From contig CAVTHK010000007.1 of NCBI GenBank assembly GCA_963734495.1, positions 320,001 through 384,000 on the forward strand: a DNA stretch of 64,000 nucleotides, read 5' to 3'. Each line of letters opens with the position of its first letter. The first letter of the stretch is position 1. A model generated the notes under the pieces. It was not told where the DNA came from and did no database searches. It saw only the letters and a program-made list of their open reading frames with translations. This document shows positions 29,419-39,265 of the stretch, one piece after another. A program made the position numbers and the translations under genes. The DNA is from an uncultured Spirochaetota bacterium. Its GTDB lineage: Bacteria; Spirochaetota; Spirochaetia; SZUA-6; CAVTHK01.

Positions 29419-30248
29419 CTGGAGATCTCCTTGGCTTTTCGTTTGCGCGCCTTTCCCGCGTCGGAATCCATGACGGCGTAGACGAGGCGAGGCGCTATTC
29501 TGTGGACGAAATCGGTGAGCCGGCTCATGAAACCGCAGAACACGAAGGTGCGGTTCCCGCGCAGGCCGCGGATCAGGGAGCGGGCGACCTGCTCCGGGCT
29601 GTAGGTCCCCGCCGTCCCCTCGACCGCGTGCGTTTCGGCGGGCTTGTTGACGTTCTCCCGGTCGAGCCCGGGCGTGGCCGTGTTCGGCGGGCAGAGCACC
29701 ACCACGCGGATCTTCCACGGGGCGAGCTCGTTGCGGAGGGCCTCCGAAAATCCCACCACGCCGAACTTGGTGGCGCAGTACGCGGTCGCGCCGAAGTAGC
29801 CGACGAGGCCGCCGACGGACGCCACGTTCACGATCGTGCCGCCGCCCCGGGCTTTCATGTGCGGGAGGACAGCGCGGACGGTGTGGAAGCAGCCGAAAAG
29901 GTTGGTCGCGGTCATGTCGCGCAGGTGGGCTTCGGTCACGTTCTCGAAATAGTCGATATAGGCGAAACCCGCGTTGTTGACGAGCAGGTCGGGAGCCCCG
30001 ACGTCCCGGACGAGGCCGTCGAGGACGCGGCTCACCGCGGCGGGGTCGGCCACGTCGCAGGCGGCCCCCACGACCCGCTGCCCCTCGGAGAGCCGCAGGG
30101 ACTGCAGGTGCGCCGCCGCGGCATCGAGCCGCGAGCGGTCGCGCGCGATGATTGCCACGCTGGCGCCCGTCCGGACGAGCTCGGTAGCGACCGCGAAGCC
30201 GATGCCGCTCGACCCGCCGGTCACATAGCAAGTCTTGAACTCTCTCAA
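29415..30248 (-). CDS. SDR resembling 3-ketodihydrosphingosine reductase (KDSR/Tsc10-like)
   Basis: TGGSSGIG, YCATK, and PPNTATPGLDRENVNKPAET resembling KDSR PPDTDTPG..EN..KP.ET. Confidence 0.75.
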   Translation of the reverse strand: MREFKTCYVTGGSSGIGFAVATELVRTGASVAIIARDRSRLDAAAAHLQSLRLSEGQRVVGAACDVADPAAVSRVLDGLVRDVGAPDLLVNNAGFAYIDYFENVTEAHLRDMTATNLFGCFHTVRAVLPHMKARGGGTIVNVASVGGLVGYFGATAYCATKFGVVGFSEALRNELAPWKIRVVVLCPPNTATPGLDRENVNKPAETHAVEGTAGTYSPEQVARSLIRGLRGNRTFVFCGFMSRLTDFVHRIAPRLVYAVMDSDAGKARKRKAKEISR

Positions 30249-30297
30249 TTATCCCCGCCTGCGTAGCCGTCCGGGCGCGACCCGGCGAAGTCCGTGA

Positions 30298-30326
30298 AGC
30301 GTACAATCTATGCCCCACGCTGTCAA
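30298..30326 (-). promoter_or_regulatory. sigma70 promoter for SDR-spt-ompA operon
   Basis: TTGACA-17-TACGCT on minus strand. Confidence 0.6.
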
Positions 30327-30451
30327 GTTTTGGGCAGCGGCGTGGCAGCCGCGTGGGCAGCCGCGTTTCGAGGCGCCGGGCGCCCCCCGCCGTGTCGCCG
30401 GCGCGAACAGTCGCTTGCAGTCCCCGAGGCGTTTCGGTACCTTCTTCTCGT

Positions 30452-31948
30452 ATGGCCCGCAAGGTCTACCAGTTCAACATGGGCCACGTTCGCACGCGGC
30501 TTGTCGACACGCTCAAGAGCCGGCGCGAGGGTGCCACCATCGCCGACCTCGTCGCGGCCACCGGCCTCCCCGCGGTGCAGGTGCAGCAGGGCATCCGCGA
30601 GGTCGCGGACGAATACGACGGGCACCTGCGCGTCACCGAATCGGGCGAGGTCCTCTACCACTTCCCCAACGGGATGCGCAGCCGCAAGCGCGGCGCGGCC
30701 GCCGTCGCCAGGCGCGTTGTGGGACGGGCGGCGAAAGCGACCGGCCGGGTCCTCAAGTGGCTCTTCAAGGCCTGGATCACGGTCATGCTCGTCGGCTACT
30801 TCGCCCTGTTCGTCGCGATCGTCGTTCTCGCGGCCCTCGCGTCGATGGCCATGTCGGCGGCGAGCCGCAGCGACGGCCGCAGGGACGGCGGAGGGGGCGG
30901 CTTCTTTTCCTTCTACCTCGCCGCCAGGATGTTCGAGCTGTTCCTCTGGCTCTGGTTCGCGCGCGGCCCGCGCGCGACGCGCTCGCGGGGCAGGCCTCTG
31001 CGCCAGTCCGTCTTTGCGTACGTGTTCGGGGAGCCGGACCCGAACGCGCGTTGGGAGGAGACCGAGCGCCGAGCGATCGTGCACTTCCTGCGCTCGAACA
31101 AGGGGCTGATCACCGCGGAGGAGCTGATGGCGCTCACAGGTGCATCGCCCGAAGAGGCTCAAGCGAAGATCAACCGTCTCCTCCTCGAGCTCGAGGGCGA
31201 GCCGGAAGTCACGGACGAGGGGACGATCGTCTTCAGGTTCGAAAACCTCCTCCGCAGCCGCGCCGAAGAGCTGCGCGCCGAGAGCCGCGAGCGGCTGCCG
31301 CACAAGCGCCTCGTCCCGTTCAACCGGAACGAGCGCTCGCGAAACGGCTGGATCACCGTCTTCAATCTGGCGAACGCCGGCTTCGGCACCTATTTCGCCG
31401 CGCTGGCGGCGGCCAAACCGACGGAGGTCTTCACGACGCTCGCGAACGGGACGCGGCTGACGCAGATCGACGGCGCATACCTGTACCACTTCGTGATCAG
31501 AGCGGCGACGGCGCTCGGCGCCCTGAAGCCCGAGTCCCTCATATACGTCGCGCTCGGCGTCGTGCCGCTGACGTTCTCCGCGTTCTTCTTCCTGGTGCCC
31601 TTCGTCAGGCGCCTGCGCGAACGGGCCGCCAACGAGGCGACGCGCCGCGAGAACCTGCGCAGGCTCGTCTACGCCCGCGTGCTCGCCGACCCGACGCTCG
31701 TCGACCCCCGCGACATCCGGCCGACCGCCCCCGAGGAAACCACGCGCAACGCGCAGGCCGATGTCGAGCGCCTGCTCAAGGAGCTCGCCGCGACCCGCGG
31801 CGGGGAGCCCGTACAGGCGGCCGACGGCGCGTGGGTCTGGCGTTTCCCGGAGCTCGAGCGCGAGCGACAGGACGTCGAGCGCACGAGGATCGCCACCAGC
31901 ACAGCGCAGTACGACGTCGGCGGGACGGTGTTCGACTCGGACAGTTAG
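30452..31948 (+). CDS. Hypothetical membrane protein with three repeated modules
   Basis: Several TM segments; repeats YDGHLRVTESGEVLYHF / LEGEPEVTDEGTIVFRF / RGGEPVQAADGAWVWRF. Confidence 0.8.
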   Translation: MARKVYQFNMGHVRTRLVDTLKSRREGATIADLVAATGLPAVQVQQGIREVADEYDGHLRVTESGEVLYHFPNGMRSRKRGAAAVARRVVGRAAKATGRVLKWLFKAWITVMLVGYFALFVAIVVLAALASMAMSAASRSDGRRDGGGGGFFSFYLAARMFELFLWLWFARGPRATRSRGRPLRQSVFAYVFGEPDPNARWEETERRAIVHFLRSNKGLITAEELMALTGASPEEAQAKINRLLLELEGEPEVTDEGTIVFRFENLLRSRAEELRAESRERLPHKRLVPFNRNERSRNGWITVFNLANAGFGTYFAALAAAKPTEVFTTLANGTRLTQIDGAYLYHFVIRAATALGALKPESLIYVALGVVPLTFSAFFFLVPFVRRLRERAANEATRRENLRRLVYARVLADPTLVDPRDIRPTAPEETTRNAQADVERLLKELAATRGGEPVQAADGAWVWRFPELERERQDVERTRIATSTAQYDVGGTVFDSDS

Positions 31949-31967
31949 CAGTCACCGGCAGCCGCAG

Positions 31968-33981
31968 TCAGCCCTCGCGGCGGCGCCTGGACGCCCGCCG
32001 CAGCGCCCTCCCCGCCGCCCCCGCAAGCCCGGCCATGCCGTACGCGAGCGCCGCCAGCGCGCACGCCGCCGGGAACCAGTCGCCGGCGCGGCTGTAGAGC
32101 GTGGGCGGCCCGGAGTCGATCCGCACGTCGGCAATCAGGTAGTCTTCAACGTACTGGGGCAGTTTCGCCATGATGCGCCCCGAAGCGTCCAACTGCGCCG
32201 TCACTCCCGACGCCGTCGCGCACAGCAGCGGCCTGCGGTTTTCGACCGAACGGAAGACGGCAGCGGCAAAGTGCTGCTGCGCCTCCACGGGCGTGAGGGA
32301 CCAGTAGTCGTTCGACAAGTTCACGATCACATCGGCGCCGGCGAGCACGAAGCGCCGGATGTCGTCGGGAAAGATGTCCTCGAAGCAGATCGGCGTGGCG
32401 AAGCGGAACCCCGGAAAGGAGAACACCGTGCGTTCGGCCCCCGGCTCCCAGAGCGTCACGTCGAACGAGATCAGCAGCTTGTAGACGCCGGGGAGGAGAT
32501 CCCGGAACGGGAAATACTCGGTGAACGGCACGAGCCGCACCTTGTGGTAGGTCTCGCGCCGCGCCCCGCGGTCGTCAAAGAGCACGGCGGCGTTGAACTC
32601 CTCGCGCACTTCCTCGCCGTTTTTTTTGATCGAGATGCTGTAGTCGTCGTTGCCGGTCACGAGCCAGCGCTTCAGCCCGGCCTGGTAGTCGCGGAACCGG
32701 CGCACGAGCCTGATGAGCGCGGCTTCGGACTCGGGCGTGTCCGGCCCGATCTCGGTCGATCCCCAGCGGCGGATGTTGGGCACGAATGCGGTCTCCGACC
32801 AGACCACCAGGCCCGGATCGGAGGCCATGGCCGCGTCGGTGAGGCGCACGAGCGAATCGAACGTGACGTTGTAATCGTAGCGGCGGGGGTCGGAGTTCTG
32901 CTGCACGAGGGCGACGCGCACGGTGCGGGCCGCGGCCCCGGCCCCGGCCGCGGCCGGCGGCCGCGTGGCGGCGACCAGGCCCGCGCCTGCCCACAGCAGC
33001 ACGGCGACCGCGGCCGCCGCGACCGGCCGAAGCGCCGAGGCGCGCGGGAGCCGCGGGGGGCGGCGCAGCAGGGGCGCGGCCGCTTCGGCCAGCGCCGCGT
33101 TCGCCAGCAGCAGCACGAAGCTCAGGCCCCACACCCCCGTCCACGACGTCGCCTGCAGCAGCACGTGCTCGGCGTACTGCGAATGCGCCGCGAGGCCCCA
33201 GGGAAAGCCGAGGTAGCCCAGCGAGCGCAGCCACTCGAACGCCGTCCACGCCAGCGCGAACGCGAGCCAGCGCACGCGCGGGACGCCCTTGAGCAGGCCG
33301 ACGAGCGGGAAGGCGAACAGCAGGTAATAGAGCGTGAGGATGAGCATCGCCACCTGGAGCGAGATGAGGCTGAAGGTCCCCAGCCAGTACTGCCCGGCGA
33401 GCGAAACGAACGCCCCGTAAGCGGCGACGGTGAACACGCCCCGCGCGTAGCCCGAGCGGTGCAGCGAGAGCAGCAGCGGCACGAACGAGAGCCACCCCAG
33501 CGCGGGGATGCCCTGCAGGTGCACGAACGACGGCTGCGCGAGCGCGCTCAGGCCGGCCGACGCCAGGGCGGCCGCCAGCGAGAAGCGGCCGCGGCCAACG
33601 CGCGTGACGGCGTATCCCCAGAGCCCCGCGGCCAGCAGGGGAGCGCAGCGCGCAAACGCCGACAGGCGCTCGCGCCGCGTGTCCGACGGCCAGCCAGAGC
33701 GTGCCGCTGCCGCGCGCGAACCGCTGCACGTAGTCGATGTTGGCGTTCAGCGCGTATACGTAGAGAAAGAGGAAGTAGAGGAGCGAGAGCGCGAGCAGGA
33801 CCTCGGTCGTGAGAACGACGCCGGGCCGCCGGGACTCGGGGCGCGCCGCGCGCAGCGCGCCCCACACCGCGTGGAGCACGCCCAGCGCGGCCAGGCCGAA
33901 GTCGGCGCGCGGGCCGGCAATGCCGACCACCGCGACGAGGAGTCCGGCGGCCAGGTAGGCGACTGCGGCCGCGCGCCCCAC
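31968..33981 (-). CDS. lnt: Apolipoprotein N-acyltransferase with N-terminal membrane extension (frameshift near 33680)
   Basis: GFPW, VWSETA, YHKVRLVPFTEYFP, ICFED, NLSNDYW, RSVENRR. Confidence 0.9.
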
Positions 33982-34024
33982 GATCCCTCCGGCGAGCTGC
34001 GGCTCGGCCGGGGAACGGCGACTG

Positions 34025-36720
34025 CTACGCCGTTCCCTGGTACGCCGCCTTGCCCTGCTGCTTGCGTGCCCTGAGCACCGCCTGCGCTGCGGACAGCCGC
34101 GCGACCGGCACCCGGTAAGGCGAGCAGGAAACGTAGTTCATGCCCACCGTGTAGCAGAACTCGATCGACGACGGGTCCCCGCCGTGCTCGCCGCAGATCC
34201 CGACCTTGATGTCCGGGCGACCGCTGCGGCCCTTCTTCACGCCCACGTCGACAAGCTGGCCGACGCCTTCGCGGTCGAGCTCCTGGAACGGGTCCTTCTC
34301 GAGGATGCCCTGCGCGAGGTAGTCCGGGAGGAAGCTCCCGATGTCGTCGCGGGAGAAGCCGAACGTCATCTGCGTGAGGTCGTTCGTGCCGAACGAGAAG
34401 AACTCGGCCACCTTCGCGATCTTGTCCGCGGTCAGCGCCGCGCGGGGCAGCTCGATCATCGTCCCGATGGTGTACTTGACCCTGGTCTTCGTCTTCGCGA
34501 ACACGGCCTCGCAGACCCGCTCGGCGTTCTTGCGCAGGATCTCCAGCTCGGCGGTCATGCCGACGAGGGGGATCATGATCTCGGGCAGGACCTCGACGCC
34601 AGCTTTGGCCAGCTCGCACGCCGCGGTCATGATGGCCTCGACCTGCATGTCGTAGACTTCGGGGTACGTGATGCCGAGGCGGCAGCCGCGGTGTCCGAGC
34701 ATCGGGTTGAGCTCGTGCAGCGAGTCGATGCGCGCCTTGAGCTGAGCCAGGGGCACCCCGGTCTTCTCCGCCATCGCCTTGGTTTCCGGGGCGGTCTTGG
34801 GGACGAACTCGTGCAGCGGCGGGTCGAGGAGCCGGATCGTCACGGGCAGGCCCGCCATCTCTTTGAAGATGCCTTTGAAGTCGGCCTTCTGCAGGTTGCC
34901 GAGCTTCTTGAGCACCTTGCGCCTCGCCTCGACGCCGTCGGCGACGATCATCTCCTGGAACAGGTCGAGCTTGCCGGCGTCGAAGAACATGTGCTCGGTG
35001 CGGGTGAGCCCGACGCCTTCGGCGCCGAACTCCCGGGCGACCCTGGCGTCGCGCGGAAGGTCCGCGTTGGTGCGGACGCGAAAGCCCTTGTCCTTGATGC
35101 CGTCACGCACGGCCGAGAGGCGCACTTCGTCCGCCCACTCGAGCAGCGTCTTGAAGTCTCCGGCGATCTTCGGCTTGACGAGCGCGACCTGCCCCGTGAA
35201 CACCTCGCCGGTGGTCCCGTCGATCGTGAGCCAGTCGCCTTCCTTGTACTTCTTGTCCTGGATGGTCGCGATCTTGCCCTGGATGCTCACCGCCTTGCAG
35301 CCCACGACGCACGGCGTGCCCATGCCGCGGCCGACGACCGCGGCGTGGCTGGTCATGCCGCCGGTCGAGGTGAGGATGCCCTGGGAAGCGCTCATGCCGC
35401 CGATGTCCTCGGGCGAGGTCTCGCGACGCAGGAGCAGCACCTTCTTGCCCTGCTTGGCCCACTTCTCGGCTTCGGCCGCGTCAAAGACGATCTGGCCGCT
35501 CGCCGCGCCGGGCGAGGCGTTCAGGCCCTTGGCGATCGGCTTGAGGGCGCGGCGCGCCTTGGGGTCGATCATCGGGTGCAGGAGCTGGTCGAGCTGGTCC
35601 GGGCTCGACGCGCAGGAGCGCCTCCTCCTTGCTGATGACCCCTTCCTTGACCATGTCGACCGCGACCCTGACCGCGGCGAGCCCGGTGCGCTTGCCGTTC
35701 CTGGTCTGCAGCATGTAGAGCTTGCCCTGCTGGATGGTGAACTCCATGTCCTGCATGTCGCGGTAGTGCGACTCCAGGTGCCTGCGGAAGCCCTCGAGCT
35801 GGTCGTAGGCCTGCGGCTGCTTCTTGCGCAGGTTGGTGATGGTCAGCGGCGTGCGGATGCCCGCCACCACGTCCTCGCCCTGCGCGTTCATCAGGAACTC
35901 GCCGTAGAAGATGTTCTCGCCGGTGGACGGGTCGCGGGTGAAGCAGACGCCGGTGCCCGGAGTCGTTGCCGAAGTTGCCGAACACCATCGTCTGGACGTT
36001 GACGGCCGTGCCGAGGAGCCCCTTGATGCTGTTCAGCTCCCGGTACTTGATGGCGCGCTCGTTGTTCCACGACCCGAAGACCGCGTCGATGGCGCCCCAG
36101 AGCTGGGTCATCGGGTCGGTCGGGAACTCCTCTTTCGTGTGCTTCTTGAACACGCCGCGGTAGAGCGCCACGACCTTCTTGAGGTCCTCCGCGTCGAGCT
36201 CGGTGTCCTCTTCGACGCCCTTGGCCTTCTTGACCGACTGCAGCGCCTCTTCGAAGGCGTGATGCTCGACGCCCCGCACGACGTCGCCGTACATCTGCAT
36301 GAAGCGCCGGAACGCGTCCCAGGCGAAGCGCGGGTTGCCGGTCTTCCGGATGAGCCCCTCGACGACCTGGTCGTTGATGCCGAGGTTGAGCACGGTGTCC
36401 ATCATTCCGGGCATGGAGGCCGCGGCGCCGGAGCGGACGGACACCAGCAGCGGGTTCGAGGGATCGCCGAACTTCATCCCGGTGACGCGCTCGACGCGCC
36501 GCAGGTTCTCCACGACCTCTGTGCGCAGCTCGGCCGGGTACTGGTTGCCGTTCTTGTAGTAGTAGTCGCAGACCTCAGTAGAGATCGTAAACCCGGGCGG
36601 GACCGGAATGCCGAGGTTCGTCATCTCCGCCAGGTTTGCGCCTTTTCCGCCGAGCAGGTTTTTCATGTCGGCCCGACCTTCGGCTTTGCCTTCGCCGAAG
36701 AAATACACGTAGCGACCCAT
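34025..36720 (-). CDS. ppdK: Pyruvate phosphate dikinase (frameshifts near 35957 and 35601)
   Basis: [63 protein letters not shown] spread over three frames. Confidence 0.95.
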
Positions 36721-36826
36721 GGATTGCCTCCTGAAGAATGCGGGACGCGCTGCAAATGACCGAGAAAAGGGGACCGAAAAGCGCCTTGAGTCCCGGGTCG
36801 GGGCCGAAGGCCTCGAACCGGGCCCG

Positions 36827-36855
36827 ACTCTAACGAACCGGGGCGGGCCTGTCAA
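36827..36855 (-). promoter_or_regulatory. sigma70 promoter for ppdK
   Basis: TTGACA-17-TAGAGT on minus strand. Confidence 0.65.
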
Positions 36856-36938
36856 CCTAACCATGGTGTCAGACAGGGTCTGACAGGGGGTTAGGCCACG
36901 CCTGACGCACACCTCAAGCAGCCTGTCACGTGCCACAG

Positions 36939-36978
36939 GCAACAGAAGAGCCCTCGTTTCCGAGGGCTCTTCTGCTGC
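36939..36978 (-). terminator. Hairpin terminator after sigma factor gene
   Basis: CAGAAGAGCCCTCG-TTTC-CGAGGGCTCTTCTG inverted repeat. Confidence 0.6.
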
Positions 36979-37027
36979 CCGGCGGGGAGCTGTCGCCCCC
37001 TGTCGGCAGCCGGACGCGGCATCGTGA

Positions 37028-37897
37028 CTACGAGACGTACGCCTCGAGGTACTGCGAGCGCGACGGGTGCTGAAGTCTCTTGATCGCCTTCTTCTCGATC
37101 TGCCGGATCCGCTCCTTGGTCAGCTTGAACTTGTCGCCGACTTCCTTGAGCGACATCGGGATTCTCCCGTTGAGCCCGAAGCGGTACTGGATGATCTCCG
37201 CTTCCTTCTGGGACAGCGAGCGGAGGACGCTGTTGATCTCGCGCTGCAGCGACCGCTCGATGACCACCTCGTCGGGCGACTTGTAGTCGGAGTCCTCCAC
37301 GAACTCGCCGAGCAGCGTGGAGTCCTTTTCCGCGAACACGGGGGTGTCGAGCGACACCAGGTCGCGCGATATGTTGACCAGCGACTCGACGTGCTTGGCG
37401 TCCATGTCCAGGAAGCGCGCGATGTCCTCGGTCTCCGGCTCGCGGCCCTTCATGTTCTGGAGCTCTTTGCGCGCCTTCTCGATCTGGACGAGCTCGTTCG
37501 CCCTGTTGAGGGGAAGCCGGATCATCCGGGACTTCTCGCAGATCGCCTTGAGGATCGCCTGCCGGATCCACCACACCGCGTAGGAGATAAAGTGATAACC
37601 CCTGTTGACGTCGTACTTCTCAATGGCGTTCATCAGGCCGATGTTGCCCTCGCTGATGAGATCCATCAGAGGCAGGCCCTGGTTCTGGTATTTCTTGGCC
37701 ACGTTCACGACAAAGCGAAGGTTGGCTTTGATCAGCCTCTCCTTCGACCTCTTGTCGCCTTTGGCGGCCGCCCTGGCGCACGTGTCTTCCTGCTCCCTGT
37801 TGAGCAGCGGGATGGCGTTGATCTCGGCGAGGTACATGGAAAGGACGTTCTCATCCCTCCCGGCCTTCGCGATACCAGCGGCTCGAGTAGACTTCAT
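37028..37897 (-). CDS. Short sigma70-family factor lacking region 1.1 (RpoS/SigA-like)
   Basis: [44 protein letters not shown]; 289 aa. Confidence 0.92.
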   Translation of the reverse strand: MKSTRAAGIAKAGRDENVLSMYLAEINAIPLLNREQEDTCARAAAKGDKRSKERLIKANLRFVVNVAKKYQNQGLPLMDLISEGNIGLMNAIEKYDVNRGYHFISYAVWWIRQAILKAICEKSRMIRLPLNRANELVQIEKARKELQNMKGREPETEDIARFLDMDAKHVESLVNISRDLVSLDTPVFAEKDSTLLGEFVEDSDYKSPDEVVIERSLQREINSVLRSLSQKEAEIIQYRFGLNGRIPMSLKEVGDKFKLTKERIRQIEKKAIKRLQHPSRSQYLEAYVS

Positions 37898-37922
37898 CCC
37901 TACCTCCGTTAGCGTCTACAAA

Positions 37923-37938
37923 TACAAGAAGTATGCCA
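37923..37938 (-). promoter_or_regulatory. Putative sigma54 (-24/-12) promoter
   Basis: TGGCAT-ACTTC-TTGTA versus TGGCAC-N5-TTGCA, followed upstream by AT-rich DNA. Confidence 0.55.
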
Positions 37939-38069
37939 CGCCTAAAAGTCACCCGTTGAGTAACTTCTTTATAGATAAGAAGTAAGAAAGAGTAGAATGA
38001 AGGCTTTCAGCGGCTTTTTCGAAATCGTATCAGAATGACACATTCAGCGACGAGTGCGTCAATCCTGTG

Positions 38070-38732
38070 TCAAAACTCCCCAATCCGGACTGCGCTCAGC
38101 CTGCCGCAGCATGACATGAAGCGCAGCCCGCTGCCGCAGGGGCAGCGATCCGCGAGCGCCACGCGCCGTTTTCGCCGGAAATCCACCGGAATCACCACTC
38201 CGGGCGCCTCGTCCGGCAGCCGGTAGGGAAAGACGATCTCGACCGCCCGGAACAGGCTCTCCTTCTCGTCCGGAACGCGCCCCTCGAGGACCTCGGAGGC
38301 GCGGATCGCCCGCCAGTACTCGAACACGAGGTCCCGCACCATGTCCCGTTCGGCGGGGCTGCTGAACCGGCCGTTCTTCTTGGTGGCCAGGTAACGATCG
38401 AGCTGGATGGAGAGGAACGCCTTCCAGTCGTCCAGATCTCCGTTCGTCTGGCGCGCCATGCCGTAGCAGTTTGCGTACCTCTGCAGCATCTTCAGGGCGT
38501 AGGTGCCGCTCTTGAGCCGATGCGCCGCCCGCCAGCTGTCGATCGCGGAGCCCTTGTCGCCCAGGCGCATCAGGGCGATCCCCAGATAATAGAGCAGGCG
38601 CGCAAGCGTCTTCTCGTCCGTGACCGGACACTTGTCCACCGCCTTGCGGAAAAGTCCGAGTGCCCCGCCGGCATTGTGACGCGACAGCTCGCGCAGGGCC
38701 CGCTTGCTGTCGTGGTCGCTGCATGCGCCCAT
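38070..38732 (-). CDS. TPR-like + SEC-C motif protein
   Basis: LLYYLGIALMRLGD..AIDSW TPR-like helix; CPCGSGLRFMSCC. Confidence 0.8.
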   Translation of the reverse strand: MGACSDHDSKRALRELSRHNAGGALGLFRKAVDKCPVTDEKTLARLLYYLGIALMRLGDKGSAIDSWRAAHRLKSGTYALKMLQRYANCYGMARQTNGDLDDWKAFLSIQLDRYLATKKNGRFSSPAERDMVRDLVFEYWRAIRASEVLEGRVPDEKESLFRAVEIVFPYRLPDEAPGVVIPVDFRRKRRVALADRCPCGSGLRFMSCCGRLSAVRIGEF

Positions 38733-38939
38733 TGCAGTGGAAGTTAACACAAGGCCTCTGCGCCCGACAAATCGAGGTTACGCCTGCTCAGGCCCGCGGG
38801 CGCGCGGCGGCCATGGCTGCTGCCACCCCCGGCACCTCGGCACCTCCATGTGCCTTGACACGCGCGCGGCTGTCTCCCTATATTCAGCTTACTTTCGTTA
38901 ACATAACCCAATACGAAGCATTAAAGGCAGGAGGATCGT

Positions 38940-39209
38940 ATGAAGATCAAGCCCCTCGGTGATCGTGTGCTGATCAAGATCCAGCAGGGCGAGCAGAAGA
39001 CAGCGGGCGGGATCTACATTCCGCAAACTGCGCAGGAAAAGACCCAGGAAGGGATCGTGCTCGCGGTCGGCGACGACAAGGATGCGATCAAGGTCAAGGT
39101 CAAGGATCACGTGATCTACGACAAGTACGCCGGCACGACGATCAAGGTCGAGGGCGAAGAGCAGCTCGTCCTCAAGTCGAGCGACATCCTGGCGGTCATC
39201 GAGAAGTAG
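38940..39209 (+). CDS. groES: Co-chaperonin GroES
   Basis: IKPLGDRVLI, TAGGIYIP, KYAGT, DILAVIE; SD AGGAGG; TTGACA-18-TATATT upstream. Confidence 0.97.
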   Translation: MKIKPLGDRVLIKIQQGEQKTAGGIYIPQTAQEKTQEGIVLAVGDDKDAIKVKVKDHVIYDKYAGTTIKVEGEEQLVLKSSDILAVIEK

Positions 39210-39229
39210 GCTCGGGCGCAATCGATGAT

Positions 39230-39257
39230 GAGCGGGGCCGGGCCCCGCTCTTTTTTT
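39230..39257 (+). terminator. Intrinsic terminator after groES
   Basis: GC-rich stem GAGCGGGGC/GCCCCGCTC followed by T7. Confidence 0.8.
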
Positions 39258-39265
39258 GCGCCGCG

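Noticed and set aside
36780-36835. tRNA-like sequence (GGTTCGA on minus strand) upstream of ppdK
   Set aside because: Folds as a simple hairpin without a cloverleaf.
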